44,807 nt of DNA from Bacteroidia bacterium (lineage in GTDB: Bacteria > Bacteroidota > Bacteroidia > UBA7662): the NCBI GenBank assembly GCA_041688385.1, contig JBDNIH010000017.1, positions 1-44,807 of the forward strand, written 5' to 3'. Within the stretch, counting starts at the first letter, position 1, and every line of letters begins with the position of its first letter. Below the pieces are notes generated by a model. The model was not told the DNA's origin. It ran no database searches and was given only the letters and a program-made list of their open reading frames with translations. Shown piece by piece: positions 1 to 9,733 of this stretch. Both the position numbers and the translations under genes were made by a program.

Positions 1-20
1 ATCTATGAACAACTGCTAAA

Positions 21-860
21 ATGAGTTTACAAAGACGCTTATTTTATGCCATCCCTCCTGATCTTCGTTTTTGGGTAAGACGACTCTGGTATTTCCCTCA
101 CGATTTGGTATTTCACTACCTTAATCCAAGCCGCAGTTTAATGCCACCCAAAGGACTAATATTTGTTGGTTCAGGGGATTTTATAGGGCAAGGGGAACGT
201 TTTTTGGAGCATTTCATTCAGTTGGGAGGCCTACAGCCAGAACATCAGGTGCTCGACATAGGTTGCGGGATCGGACGAATGGCCATCCCGCTCACACGCT
301 ATTTGGATCCAGCTTCTGGACGCTATGAAGGCTTCGATATCATGCCGGTAGGTATAAATTGGTGCCAACAGCATATTTCAGCTAATCACGCCAATTTCCG
401 TTTTCGCTTGGTGTCATTGTACAACGACTTATATAAAACCGATGCGGCTGAAGACGGTCGAAACTTTCGCTTTCCATACAACAGCAATCAGTTTAATTTT
501 TCATTTCTCACATCTGTTTTTACACATATGTTACCGGAAGAAACTGAAAACTACCTGAAAGAAATTTCACGTGTTTCTAAAAAAGGTGGCCATTGTTTTG
601 TCACTTTTTTTGTCTTAGATGCCGCTGCAGAAAAACAAATTAAAGAGAACAAGGCCTCTTTCGATTTCAGCTATGACATGGGTGATTATCGTTTGCTCGA
701 CTTACATGCCAAGGCAGGTAATGTAGCCTATAAGATAGATTGGTTGCAACAACGCCTGCAGCTAGCTGGACTTGAAGTCAAGGCATTTTATCCTGGTTCC
801 TGGCGTGGAACACCAGATTCGGTCGATTTTCAGGACATATTTGTACTCGAAAAAGTATAA
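21..860 (+). CDS. Class I SAM-dependent methyltransferase
   Basis: SAM motif I VLDIGCGIGR, GFDI acidic motif, FLTSVFTHM and 'ISRVSKKGG' post-motifs. Confidence 0.88.
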   Translation: MSLQRRLFYAIPPDLRFWVRRLWYFPHDLVFHYLNPSRSLMPPKGLIFVGSGDFIGQGERFLEHFIQLGGLQPEHQVLDIGCGIGRMAIPLTRYLDPASGRYEGFDIMPVGINWCQQHISANHANFRFRLVSLYNDLYKTDAAEDGRNFRFPYNSNQFNFSFLTSVFTHMLPEETENYLKEISRVSKKGGHCFVTFFVLDAAAEKQIKENKASFDFSYDMGDYRLLDLHAKAGNVAYKIDWLQQRLQLAGLEVKAFYPGSWRGTPDSVDFQDIFVLEKV

Positions 861-862
861 GT

Positions 863-1375
863 ATGTTAACCATCCAAAACTTGTTGGCTACTAATCATTC
901 CAAAGCCAATACAGATAGGATTATCCACACTATCGGCTCAGATGTGATTCTTTTCGAGGATCTTATCAAAATTATTTTAGGCAAAAACACTGAACTTGCA
1001 AGGCGAGCTGCCTGGGTATTTAGTGAAATAGCACCGGATTTTCCTCAAATTTGTTATTTGCATTGGTCAGCGCTTTTGACCTTAGTTGGTCAAACCAACA
1101 CCCACGATGCGATTAAAAGAGGATTTTTCAGCGCATTACAACAATTAAACGCGCCTCAAGAACATTTAGGCGAAACCGTTCAGTTGTGTTTTGAGCATCT
1201 CACAAATCGACAGGCTGCTATTGCTATCCGGGTAAATGCCATGACCAGCTTGGTGAATATGGCTCAGGTGCTATCTGAACTTAAACCAGAAATTCGTTTA
1301 ATACTCGAAGATGAATTGACCTTCGGCTCAGCCGGATTTGTATCCCGAGCGAGGCGAGAAATGCGCCGCTTGTAG
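863..1375 (+). CDS. Hypothetical all-helical (HEAT/ARM-like) protein of a type common in Bacteroidota
   Basis: 170-aa ORF 2 bp after the methyltransferase; helical pattern RRAAWV...AIRVNAM...SAGFVSRAR. Confidence 0.65.
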   Translation: MLTIQNLLATNHSKANTDRIIHTIGSDVILFEDLIKIILGKNTELARRAAWVFSEIAPDFPQICYLHWSALLTLVGQTNTHDAIKRGFFSALQQLNAPQEHLGETVQLCFEHLTNRQAAIAIRVNAMTSLVNMAQVLSELKPEIRLILEDELTFGSAGFVSRARREMRRL

Positions 1376-1378
1376 TTA

Positions 1379-2029
1379 TTATTTCAGTTTAGTTGAAAAA
1401 GCCTTGCGAAATTTATCCAATTTAGGTTGAATAACATACTGACAATAAGACTCTTCCCCATTTTGCTTATAGTAATTTTGATGGTATTCCTCAGCTACGT
1501 AAAAGGTGGGTAAAGGACTTATTTCAGTCACAATCGGTCTGGAAAAAGCCCCAGAAGCATCTAATTCGGCTTTATAAAACGCAGCCTCTTCTTTCTGTTT
1601 TTCGTTGTGATAGTAAACCACCGAGCGGTATTGCGTACCTACATCCGCACCTTGGCGGTTTAAAGACGTCGGGTCATGCGTTTGCCAGAATACCTCTAAC
1701 AACTCCTTAAAGCTGATGACATTCGGATCGTAAGTGATACGGGCCACCTCGGCATGACCTGTAAGTCCAGAGCAAACCTCCCGGTAGGTTGGATTGGCTA
1801 TTTTACCTCCTGCGTAACCTGAAATAACCGTATCTACCCCGTTTAATTGCTGAAAAACAGCTTCTATACACCAAAAACAGCCAGCGCCAAATGTGGCAGA
1901 TTCTTTTCCCATGGTTAATGTTGAAGTTAATACCGGACTTAAATTAGTTTCTTTAGCTGGCTTCTGACCACAAGCCGTTGTGGTCGTCAAACACAATAAT
2001 AGGAAAGTAAGTATCCGGTTCATGTACAC
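1379..2029 (-). CDS. msrA: Peptide-methionine (S)-S-oxide reductase, probable lipoprotein
   Basis: GCFWC active site, GYAGG, GHAE, HDPT..NRQG.D.GTQYRS, AEEYHQNY; N-terminal hydrophobic segment ending TTAC. Confidence 0.96.
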   Translation of the reverse strand: MYMNRILTFLLLCLTTTTACGQKPAKETNLSPVLTSTLTMGKESATFGAGCFWCIEAVFQQLNGVDTVISGYAGGKIANPTYREVCSGLTGHAEVARITYDPNVISFKELLEVFWQTHDPTSLNRQGADVGTQYRSVVYYHNEKQKEEAAFYKAELDASGAFSRPIVTEISPLPTFYVAEEYHQNYYKQNGEESYCQYVIQPKLDKFRKAFSTKLK

Positions 2030-2070
2030 ACTAACGTATGAATGACAAAAAAAGATCGAATTGCTGAAAA

Positions 2071-2544
2071 TTATTTTACCAATGCGGCTAGTTGTGCTGG
2101 AGAATAGGCTACTGACTTCATGGTTTTATGGTCTCCATCACGATAAACCAAAAATTTCCCGTCTACCTCTCGGATGTAGCAACTTTCGCTCTTTTTCTCG
2201 GCATAATAAGCTACCGTAGCTTCAGCCTCTGCAAGTGTAGTGCAAGCCTTACTCATGTTCGAGCGTTGAACTTCGTTAAACAAAGTCGCAAAACGATCGG
2301 CTAAACCAAATTCAAGTACAGCACCCGAAAGCACGTATTGGATATCGCAAAGTGCGTCTGCAATTTCTACAAGATCGCCAGCAGCTATGGCTTCTTGGAG
2401 CTCTTTTACCTCTTCTGCCAAGAGGTTTACCCGCAAATTACAGCGATCGGCTGCAGGAATTCCTGGCGCATCAACAATGGGGTGTTTGAAGGTGCGGTGA
2501 AATTCAGCCACTTGATTGAGTGCGTCTATTTTATCGTATGCCAT
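2071..2544 (-). CDS. MazG-like nucleoside triphosphate pyrophosphohydrolase (PRA-PH/DR2231-like)
   Basis: VAEFH..F, LLAEEVKEL, EIADALCDIQYV, EVQRSNMSK motifs. Confidence 0.88.
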   Translation of the reverse strand: MAYDKIDALNQVAEFHRTFKHPIVDAPGIPAADRCNLRVNLLAEEVKELQEAIAAGDLVEIADALCDIQYVLSGAVLEFGLADRFATLFNEVQRSNMSKACTTLAEAEATVAYYAEKKSESCYIREVDGKFLVYRDGDHKTMKSVAYSPAQLAALVK

Positions 2545-2558
2545 GCTAAATTACAGTA

Positions 2559-2885
2559 CTATTGAGGGGCTTCATTATCGTTTTCTTCGTCCAATTTATC
2601 GAATTGTTCAAAATCGTAATCTGGCATCAATTCAGTTTTAACATGGTCGATGGTAGTGCTCAAGCCAGCCATAAACTTGTTGAAGTCCTCTTTATACAGG
2701 AATATCTTATGTTTCACAAATTGACCATCATCAAAACCCCGTTTGCTTTCTGTAATGATGAGGTAATAATCATTGCCTCTGGTGGCTTTTACGTCAAAAA
2801 AGTAGGTGCGTTTGCCTGCTCTGATTTTTTTCGAAAAAACTTCATCCCGTTGTCTGCGATCAGACCTGTTATCGTACTCCTCCAT
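2559..2885 (-). CDS. PUR-family DNA/RNA-binding protein (DUF3276)
   Basis: FSKKIRAGKRTYFFDVK..RGNDYYLIITESK...HKIFLYKEDF signature. Confidence 0.9.
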   Translation of the reverse strand: MEEYDNRSDRRQRDEVFSKKIRAGKRTYFFDVKATRGNDYYLIITESKRGFDDGQFVKHKIFLYKEDFNKFMAGLSTTIDHVKTELMPDYDFEQFDKLDEENDNEAPQ

Positions 2886-2982
2886 GACTTCTAGTTTATG
2901 GAATAAAAATAGCCGAATCTTGGCGTAAACTACATCGCTTTGTTTTCCACCATGTCAGGCGAAGGATTGTGGAATATGCGGC

Positions 2983-4785
2983 TCAGTCAATAGGTAGCGA
3001 CTGTCCATCTCGTTCTGCTTGCTGTTGTTTTTGGTAGATGTCGTTGTAAAAGCCCCCTTCACGTAACAATTCGTCATGGGTGCCGCTGGCCACTAAAACG
3101 CCGTGGTCGAGTACCAAGATTTGATCAGCATGCATTACAGAAGAAATTCGGTGACTAATAATGATGGTCGTAGTATCCCGGGTAAGCTGGTGGATGTTAC
3201 TTAAAATTTCTTTTTCTGTTTGGGTATCAAGTGCGCTCAAACAGTCGTCGATGACATACACCTTAGGTTTGCGAATAAGTGCCCTAGCGATAGCCAATCG
3301 TTGTTTTTGCCCACCGGATAAGGTTACGCCTCTTTCTCCCAATAAGGTTTTATAACCATCGGGTAAGGCAGCGAGCGTTGGTGTTAATGCAGCTTGTTGT
3401 GCAGCCCGTTCTATTTGGTCTTCGCTGAAATTGTCTAACCCAAAGCTGATATTGTTGGAGATGCTATCAGAAAATAGAAAAACTTCTTGAGGCACGTAGC
3501 CCATTTGCCGACGTAAATCACCAGGATTAAGGCTAGTAATATCTTCACCATCGATAAAAATTTTACCTTCAGTAGGGTCATATAACCGGCTCATGAGGTT
3601 TGCTAATGTAGATTTACCTGCACCTGTCCTACCGATAATACCGAGGGTTTGACCCGGTTTTAAGTTGAAACTTATATTTTGTAATGCTTGTATACCCGAC
3701 TGCTTATAAGTAAACCCTACTTTATCCCAACGGATATCGCCCTGCAACAGAATGGATTTGCCTACATTATTATCTATGTCGCTTTTTTGGTGCAATACGG
3801 CATCTATACGTTGCTGTGAAGCGGCGGCTTGTTGCATGATGGAGGCTACCCAGCCTACGGAAGTGACAGGCCAGGTGAGCATATTTACATAAATCACAAA
3901 TTCCGCTATGTTACCCGCCGTAATAGCGCCGGCCGCAACTTGTAAGCCACCCATATAAACAGTGATGATGGTGCTCAAACCGATCAATAGCGTAGTTAAG
4001 GGAAAATACAAAGCTTCTACCTTCACCAAACGCATTGCTTTACCCTTTAAGTCTTCGAGTTCGTGGGTGAAGAGTTTTGAAAATGACTGCTCTCGACCAT
4101 AGGATTTAATTACGCGTATACCGGAATAGGCTTCTTGACTGAATGAGGTAAGTTGACCCAATTGTTGCTGGATAGCAGTTGAGCGACTTAATATGAGGTT
4201 GTTGACATAATATATGCCCCACGCAAGCACCGGCAAAGGCATCAATACATAAAAGGTAAGCTCAGGATTTACCTTAACCATCACAGTTATTACAAACACA
4301 AAAAGTGCGATGAGGTTGATGCCATACATCACCGCAGGGCCAACGTACATCCGCACCTTTGAAACGTCCTCACTTATACGCGCCATTAAGTCGCCGGTAT
4401 TATTTTTTCGATAAAATGAAAGCGACAGGGCCTGGTACTTATCGTATAGTTCGTTTTTGAGATCATATTCAATCCAGCGCGACATAACAATGATGGTCTG
4501 CCGCATAAAATACATAAACAGCCCTTTTAACACCGATAATATCAATACCAGTACCGCAAATAGCAGTAAAAAGCCAGTAAACGCACCATAAAAAGCCTCC
4601 TGCAAAAAACTTCCGTCAAACATGCGATACGTATCGATTGAGATCACAATTAAATCGATGGCATGACGAATGATTTGGGGTGGCAAAACTCCGAACCAAT
4701 TGGAAATGAGCACAAACAAAATGCCCAACCCGAATCGAACGCGGTATTTGGAAAAAAATCGATTAAGAGATGCCAGTTTACCCAT
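2983..4785 (-). CDS. ABC transporter, fused permease/ATP-binding (type IV exporter)
   Basis: N-terminal TM domain; Walker A GRTGAGKS, LSGGQKQR, Walker B VIDD, H-loop SHR. Start placed at ATG 4785 because the track's TTG (4797) lies inside a -7 promoter box. Confidence 0.93.
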   Translation of the reverse strand: MGKLASLNRFFSKYRVRFGLGILFVLISNWFGVLPPQIIRHAIDLIVISIDTYRMFDGSFLQEAFYGAFTGFLLLFAVLVLILSVLKGLFMYFMRQTIIVMSRWIEYDLKNELYDKYQALSLSFYRKNNTGDLMARISEDVSKVRMYVGPAVMYGINLIALFVFVITVMVKVNPELTFYVLMPLPVLAWGIYYVNNLILSRSTAIQQQLGQLTSFSQEAYSGIRVIKSYGREQSFSKLFTHELEDLKGKAMRLVKVEALYFPLTTLLIGLSTIITVYMGGLQVAAGAITAGNIAEFVIYVNMLTWPVTSVGWVASIMQQAAASQQRIDAVLHQKSDIDNNVGKSILLQGDIRWDKVGFTYKQSGIQALQNISFNLKPGQTLGIIGRTGAGKSTLANLMSRLYDPTEGKIFIDGEDITSLNPGDLRRQMGYVPQEVFLFSDSISNNISFGLDNFSEDQIERAAQQAALTPTLAALPDGYKTLLGERGVTLSGGQKQRLAIARALIRKPKVYVIDDCLSALDTQTEKEILSNIHQLTRDTTTIIISHRISSVMHADQILVLDHGVLVASGTHDELLREGGFYNDIYQKQQQAERDGQSLPID

Positions 4786-4794
4786 TTGGAAAGC

Positions 4795-4802
4795 CAAAGG
4801 TA
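4795..4802 (-). promoter_or_regulatory. Bacteroidota sigma-A -7 element (TACCTTTG) for the ABC transporter
   Basis: Exact TAnnTTTG match 9 bp upstream of ATG 4785. Confidence 0.65.
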
Positions 4803-4828
4803 CGATGGGAAAAACGAAATTAATCGGC

Positions 4829-4836
4829 TACCTTTG
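4829..4836 (+). promoter_or_regulatory. Bacteroidota sigma-A -7 element (TACCTTTG) for the leuDH-nusB operon
   Basis: Exact TAnnTTTG match 29 bp upstream of ATG 4866. Confidence 0.65.
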
Positions 4837-4865
4837 CCCTGTTTCCTTAAAAAACGTTCCTTCAC

Positions 4866-5963
4866 ATGACAGCAGTCGCCGACAAAAAGTCCACCGATGT
4901 GATCTTCAACCAGATTGCTTCTATGGGGCACGAGCAGGTAGTTTTCTGCCACGACGAAAAGACTGGCCTTCGCGCCATCATAGCCATTCACAACACTGTA
5001 TTGGGCCCCGCATTGGGCGGAACGCGCATGTGGCAGTATGCGAGTGATCTCGATGCGTTGACTGATGCCCTCCGTTTGTCGGAAGGCATGACCTACAAAG
5101 CGGCGGTTGCCGGTTTGAATTTAGGTGGTGGTAAAGCCGTAATCCTAGGTGATTCGCGCAAAGATAAATCAGAAGCCTATTTCCGTCGTTATGGCAAATT
5201 CGTGGACAGCTTGGGTGGAAAATACATCACTGCTGAAGATGTGGGTACAAGCAAGCAGGATATGGAATGGATAGCCATGGAGACCAAAAGTGTGAGCGGG
5301 CTGCCTGAACACAAAGGTGGCAGCGGCGACCCGTCTCCTGTAACTGCTTATGGCGTATATATGGGCGTAAAAGCCTCCGCAAAACAGGTATACGGCAACG
5401 ACAGCCTTCAGGGCAAAAAAGTAATGGTACAAGGTGCTGGTAATGTTGGCCGATATCTAATAGATAACCTGATCAAAGAAGGTGCTGTAGTTTATGTCAG
5501 CGATATTTTCGAAGACCAGTTGCAGAAAATTACTAGCGTACATGGTGGAGTTAAAGTAATCGCCCCAGAAGACGTTTACGACGTAAACATGGACATTTAC
5601 GCCCCCTGTGCCCTAGGCGCAACCTTAAACGACGATACTATTGCTAGATTAAAGTGTGCCATCGTTGCGGGTGGAGCCAACAACCAGTTGAAAGACACCG
5701 CAAAGCATATGAAAATGCTCATGGACCGCAATATCCTTTATGCACCTGATTTTGTGATTAATGCAGGTGGTTTAATCAATGTATACAGCGAATTGGAGGG
5801 TTATAACCGTCAAAATGCAATGTCGAAGACTGAAAATATCTACAACCAGACTTTAGCCATTTTTGAAACGGCGCGCGCCGAAGGCATTTCTACGCTTGTA
5901 GCAGCGCAAAAATTGGCTGAACGTCGTATCGAAGCTATGGCTAACCTTAAAACTCGTCGCTAA
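4866..5963 (+). CDS. Glu/Leu/Phe/Val dehydrogenase (leucine dehydrogenase-like)
   Basis: LGPALGGTR, GMTYKAA, GGGKAVI, YITAEDVGT, GDPSPVTAYGV, GAGNVG, GGANNQL, PDFVINAGG. Confidence 0.95.
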   Translation: MTAVADKKSTDVIFNQIASMGHEQVVFCHDEKTGLRAIIAIHNTVLGPALGGTRMWQYASDLDALTDALRLSEGMTYKAAVAGLNLGGGKAVILGDSRKDKSEAYFRRYGKFVDSLGGKYITAEDVGTSKQDMEWIAMETKSVSGLPEHKGGSGDPSPVTAYGVYMGVKASAKQVYGNDSLQGKKVMVQGAGNVGRYLIDNLIKEGAVVYVSDIFEDQLQKITSVHGGVKVIAPEDVYDVNMDIYAPCALGATLNDDTIARLKCAIVAGGANNQLKDTAKHMKMLMDRNILYAPDFVINAGGLINVYSELEGYNRQNAMSKTENIYNQTLAIFETARAEGISTLVAAQKLAERRIEAMANLKTRR

Positions 5964-5969
5964 GACCCG

Positions 5970-6917
5970 ATGCTAAACAGACGACATATCCGACTCAAAA
6001 CCTTACAATCTATGTACGCATGGTACAGCTCGGAAGTAAGGGATCTTGAGAAAGGCGAAAAAGAATTATACCGCAACATCGACAAGATGACGGAGGCCTA
6101 TGTGCTTTCGTTGAAGTTGCTCGACGATTTGGTGCATTACAGTCATTTGTATGCTGATGATCAGGACGCCAAAATGATGGCTACTATTCAAAACCGCAAA
6201 GAAACCCGGAAGTTTGGGGGCAATCTATATGCGATTTATCTCTGTGAAAACAACGAATACAACCAATTATTGAAGCGGTTTAAGATTAAAAATCAGTTGT
6301 TAGAACCCGATATGCTGCGTAAAGTCTACGGTGAACTGGTTAAAACAGAAGAATATCAAAAATACATTGGCTCACCGGAACACCAGCTCACTGAAGATAT
6401 GGACATGATGTTATATCTCTACAAACAGTTGGTTCAGAAAAGCGAGTATGTTTCCTCTTTTATGGAAGAAAAAAGTATGTATTGGGAATCGGACCAGGAT
6501 TTGGTAGGCTCTGCGGTAATTAAAACCATCAAGGAGATTTTTAAATCTAAGGACCAATTTCGTTTGATCAGCATTTCAAAAGACTGGGATGAAGACTGGC
6601 ATTTTGCCCTAACCCTCTTCCGCAAGTCTATTGTAAACGACGAACAATACAGCGCTATGATACAAGAACGCACCAGCCATTGGGATGTTGATCGTATTGC
6701 CCAAGTGGACATATTGTTAATCAAAATGGCCATAGCCGAATTGGCGCATGCTGAGAGTATTCCGGTTAAAGTCACCATCAATGAATACATTGAGTTGGCC
6801 AAGGACTACAGTACACCAAAAAGTAATATTTTTGTTAACGGATTGCTCGATTCTATCAGCAAAGAGATGATGGAGAAAGGCATGATTCAAAAAGCCGGAA
6901 GGGGATTATTAGAATGA
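5970..6917 (+). CDS. nusB: Transcription antitermination factor NusB (long Bacteroidota form)
   Basis: N-terminal MLNRRHIR; C-terminal WDVDRIAQVD, IPVKVTINEYIELAKDYS, FVNGLLD. Confidence 0.93.
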   Translation: MLNRRHIRLKTLQSMYAWYSSEVRDLEKGEKELYRNIDKMTEAYVLSLKLLDDLVHYSHLYADDQDAKMMATIQNRKETRKFGGNLYAIYLCENNEYNQLLKRFKIKNQLLEPDMLRKVYGELVKTEEYQKYIGSPEHQLTEDMDMMLYLYKQLVQKSEYVSSFMEEKSMYWESDQDLVGSAVIKTIKEIFKSKDQFRLISISKDWDEDWHFALTLFRKSIVNDEQYSAMIQERTSHWDVDRIAQVDILLIKMAIAELAHAESIPVKVTINEYIELAKDYSTPKSNIFVNGLLDSISKEMMEKGMIQKAGRGLLE

Positions 6918-7372
6918 AAATTAAATTTTTAGCCATTGGTTTAGCAGCTTTTATATTTATGAGCTGCGGTGAAAAGGAAGCATCAGAAACCATTGATAGC
7001 GCCGTTATTTCCAATCCAATCTCAGCAGATAATGCTGAAGAGGTGAATCCAGACAAACTTCCACAGATGACGTTTGATAAAGATTTTCACGACTTCGGCA
7101 AAATTACGTCCGGTGAAAAAGTGACGTATTCCTTCAAATTCACGAACACAGGTAAATCTGATCTCATAATCAGTACCGCCGCAGGATCCTGTGGTTGTAC
7201 CGTTCCTGAATTCCCAAAAGAGCCTATTAAACCTGGAAAAACCGGTTATATCAAAGTCCAATTCAATAGCGAAGGTCGTTCTGGCATACAGGAAAAGCAA
7301 GTTACCATTGTAGCCAACACGATTCCGAATACCAATGAATTGAAAATCAAATCAGAAGTCATTACAAACTAA
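6914..7372 (+). CDS. DUF1573 domain lipoprotein
   Basis: Lipobox FMSC; HDFGKI, FKFTNTG, SCGCTVP, IKPG..G.IKVQF; ATGA overlap with nusB. Confidence 0.88.
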   Translation: MKIKFLAIGLAAFIFMSCGEKEASETIDSAVISNPISADNAEEVNPDKLPQMTFDKDFHDFGKITSGEKVTYSFKFTNTGKSDLIISTAAGSCGCTVPEFPKEPIKPGKTGYIKVQFNSEGRSGIQEKQVTIVANTIPNTNELKIKSEVITN

Positions 7373-7376
7373 TATT

Positions 7377-7724
7377 ATGTTATACAATTTTCTCGTTCTC
7401 ATGGCCCCTCAGGCTGAAGGCGCTTCTTCCAATCCTTGGACTGCCCTCCTACCTTGGTTACTCATCTTTGTGGTGATATATTTTTTCATGATTCGTCCGC
7501 AAAGTAAAAAAGCGAAAGACCAAAAATCGTTTCGTGAAAACATCAATAAAGGCGACAAAGTAGTTACCATTGGTGGTATTCACGCCAAAGTGGTTGAAGT
7601 TAACGACACCACAATAATTGTTGAAGTTGAGGGTCAGAATCGTTTGAAAATCGAAAAATCTGCGATCTCTCCTGAAAACACCCTTTCTGCCTACCCGGTT
7701 GAAAAAGTAGTCGCTAAAAAATAA
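7377..7724 (+). CDS. yajC: Preprotein translocase subunit YajC
   Basis: Single TM followed by YFFMIRPQ, KGDKVVTIGGIH, KSAI. Confidence 0.95.
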   Translation: MLYNFLVLMAPQAEGASSNPWTALLPWLLIFVVIYFFMIRPQSKKAKDQKSFRENINKGDKVVTIGGIHAKVVEVNDTTIIVEVEGQNRLKIEKSAISPENTLSAYPVEKVVAKK

Positions 7725-7737
7725 GATCATCGGTGCT

Positions 7738-8682
7738 TTGACCGATAAACTCGTCAAATTCTGGCGTAATCAAGCCAGGCAACAGAAAAGCATTGTCTTT
7801 CTGTTAGCCTGGCTTGTTTCGTTGTTGTTGTGGTTTCTAACCGCCATCAATGCCCCCTATTCTCATACCTTTAGTTTGCGTGTGGTTGCACGACCCATGT
7901 TAGAAGACATCGAACTGAGCGGAGATTCCGTGCGTACGCTTGAAATAGAGCTATACGGCAGAGGTTTAGAATTGATACAACAGTATCAAAGGCTCAAAAA
8001 GTTTGAATTAAGCGCTTATCCTGGGCAATTCGATGATAGCAGCTTGGTCAACGTTCAAAATATGCATCCAGTTTTCGCTGCACAGGTTTTACCTAAGTTA
8101 CAACTCATTCGTTTTCATCCTGACACTTTTCATTTTCGTTATCGCAAACTTTATGGTCGAAATATTGCCATCAAGCCCAATTTGAAGCTACATTTTTCAC
8201 CGGGCTACGGACAAACGGCCCCACTAAAATTTTTGCCTGATTCCATCCGGATTTTTAGCTATCGACCGCTCAGAAATCCCCCCAATGAACTGCATTTAGA
8301 AGCCGCACACCACGAGAACCTAAAAGCCACTTTGCGTTTTGCAAACAATTTGTTGCCACCATCGGATACCTTACTTTTTGTCCGCAAAAACCAGGTGCTG
8401 GTTGAAGTCCCAGTTCATCGTATTACTGAAGGCAAACTAACGCTCCCCATTCAACTGGTTCCGGAAATTCCTGGCATACGCTTGGTTCCTGCCACTATAG
8501 AAGTAAGTTTTGAAGCAGCTTTACACCATTTCAAAAATATAGGTGCCAGCGATTTCAAAGTGAATTGTTACTGGGAAAATCGAACTGCGTCAGGTCATCT
8601 TGCTGTTATTGTGAGCTGTAGTCAACCGGAAGTTTTACGTTTCAAAGTGTTTCCAAAACAGATTGATTATATTCTGCCATGA
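7738..8682 (+). CDS. YbbR/CdaR-like membrane-anchored protein
   Basis: N-terminal TM, repeated beta-rich 'PD(T/S)(F/I)' units; usual position between yajC and coaE; TTG start. Confidence 0.65.
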   Translation: MTDKLVKFWRNQARQQKSIVFLLAWLVSLLLWFLTAINAPYSHTFSLRVVARPMLEDIELSGDSVRTLEIELYGRGLELIQQYQRLKKFELSAYPGQFDDSSLVNVQNMHPVFAAQVLPKLQLIRFHPDTFHFRYRKLYGRNIAIKPNLKLHFSPGYGQTAPLKFLPDSIRIFSYRPLRNPPNELHLEAAHHENLKATLRFANNLLPPSDTLLFVRKNQVLVEVPVHRITEGKLTLPIQLVPEIPGIRLVPATIEVSFEAALHHFKNIGASDFKVNCYWENRTASGHLAVIVSCSQPEVLRFKVFPKQIDYILP

Positions 8683-9272
8683 TACAAGTAGGCATAACGG
8701 GCGGTATTGGCAGCGGGAAAACAACTGTTTGTCTCCTTTTTCAGACATTAGGCATACCTATTTATGATGCTGATGCTGCTGCTAAACGTTTGATGACCAA
8801 AGATCCTGAATTGAAAAAGCAGATTACAGTTATGTTTGGTGAAGAAGCCTATGTTGACGCAGAACTCAATCGCGTTTTGATTTCAAAACTGGTTTTTGGG
8901 AATAAACATTTATTAGATCAACTCAATAATTTGGTTCATCCAGCGGTAGCACAGGATACGGAAAAATGGATCATAGGTCAAAAAGCGCCTTATGTAATTA
9001 AGGAAGCTGCATTATTAATCGAGAGCGGTTCTTACAACAAACTCGACAAACTCATCGTCATCAGTGCACCGGAGGAATTGCGCATACAGCGGGTTATGGA
9101 CCGGAATCAGATTACTAGAGCCGAGGTGCAAGCCCGTATTCAAAACCAGCTTCCTGAGGCGAAAAAGCTTGAAATGGCAGATTATATCATTCTTAATGAT
9201 GGCGAAAATACCCTTCTCCCACAGGTATTAACCATTCACAGGGCGCTGCTTAAGCTGGCAGCGACATCCTGA
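8679..9272 (+). CDS. coaE: Dephospho-CoA kinase
   Basis: GITGGIGSGKT P-loop, YDAD, LNNLVHPAV, EAALLIE, ADYIILND. Confidence 0.96.
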   Translation: MIQVGITGGIGSGKTTVCLLFQTLGIPIYDADAAAKRLMTKDPELKKQITVMFGEEAYVDAELNRVLISKLVFGNKHLLDQLNNLVHPAVAQDTEKWIIGQKAPYVIKEAALLIESGSYNKLDKLIVISAPEELRIQRVMDRNQITRAEVQARIQNQLPEAKKLEMADYIILNDGENTLLPQVLTIHRALLKLAATS

Positions 9273-9728
9273 TGTACCAGGCATGTGGGTAGCCGTTGCG
9301 CCTTTCATCGGGTACTTGTTGAACCCAGCTTAAACAAAACAATTCTAAGTTACCATCTGCCAGCCTAGCTCAGTCTGTCGGATGTAAAACGGTAATTGCG
9401 ATAAATACCGGCGAGCCTCCTCTATAGCTAGTTCGATTTTTGGAACATCGGTAATTTCTGGCGACAGAACAGCTGCATCATGATCTGGTTTAAACACCGA
9501 GCCTTGCCATTTACCTAAACGAACACCTGCTTTCAGCAATTCAAATAATAACCACGACCTGCCCCTGGCTCGCTTTCACCCAAAGGCAGATTAATTGCCC
9601 CTGTTCTATTGAGATTCAGACGTACACTTACAGGCGGTTGCCCTTGCTAATTTTTTTTGAATTAATGCAGCTGCCTCGTTTGGCAATTCGGCATCCAAAC
9701 GGTTGACAAAGTTTTCAGGCAAAAGCAT
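9250..9728 (-). pseudogene. rsmF: RsmF/NOL1/NOP2/Sun-family rRNA m5C methyltransferase pseudogene (catalytic core deleted, frameshifts and stops)
   Basis: Hand translation from ATG 9728: MLLPENFVNRL..., shift at an A8 run to PPVSVRLN...GYYL, joined directly to ELLKAGVRLG..FKPDH..EEARRYL..GWQMVT*, then after another shift LSWVQQ...NGYPHAWYIRM, ending at TAA 9250-9252. Confidence 0.8.
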
Positions 9729-9733
9729 GACAC

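Noticed and set aside
2945-2974. TTCCAC...GTGGAA inverted repeat upstream of DUF3276
   Set aside because: A 6-bp stem with an 18-nt spacer is expected by chance
5970-6917. NusB about twice the E. coli length
   Set aside because: The extended form is normal for Bacteroidota
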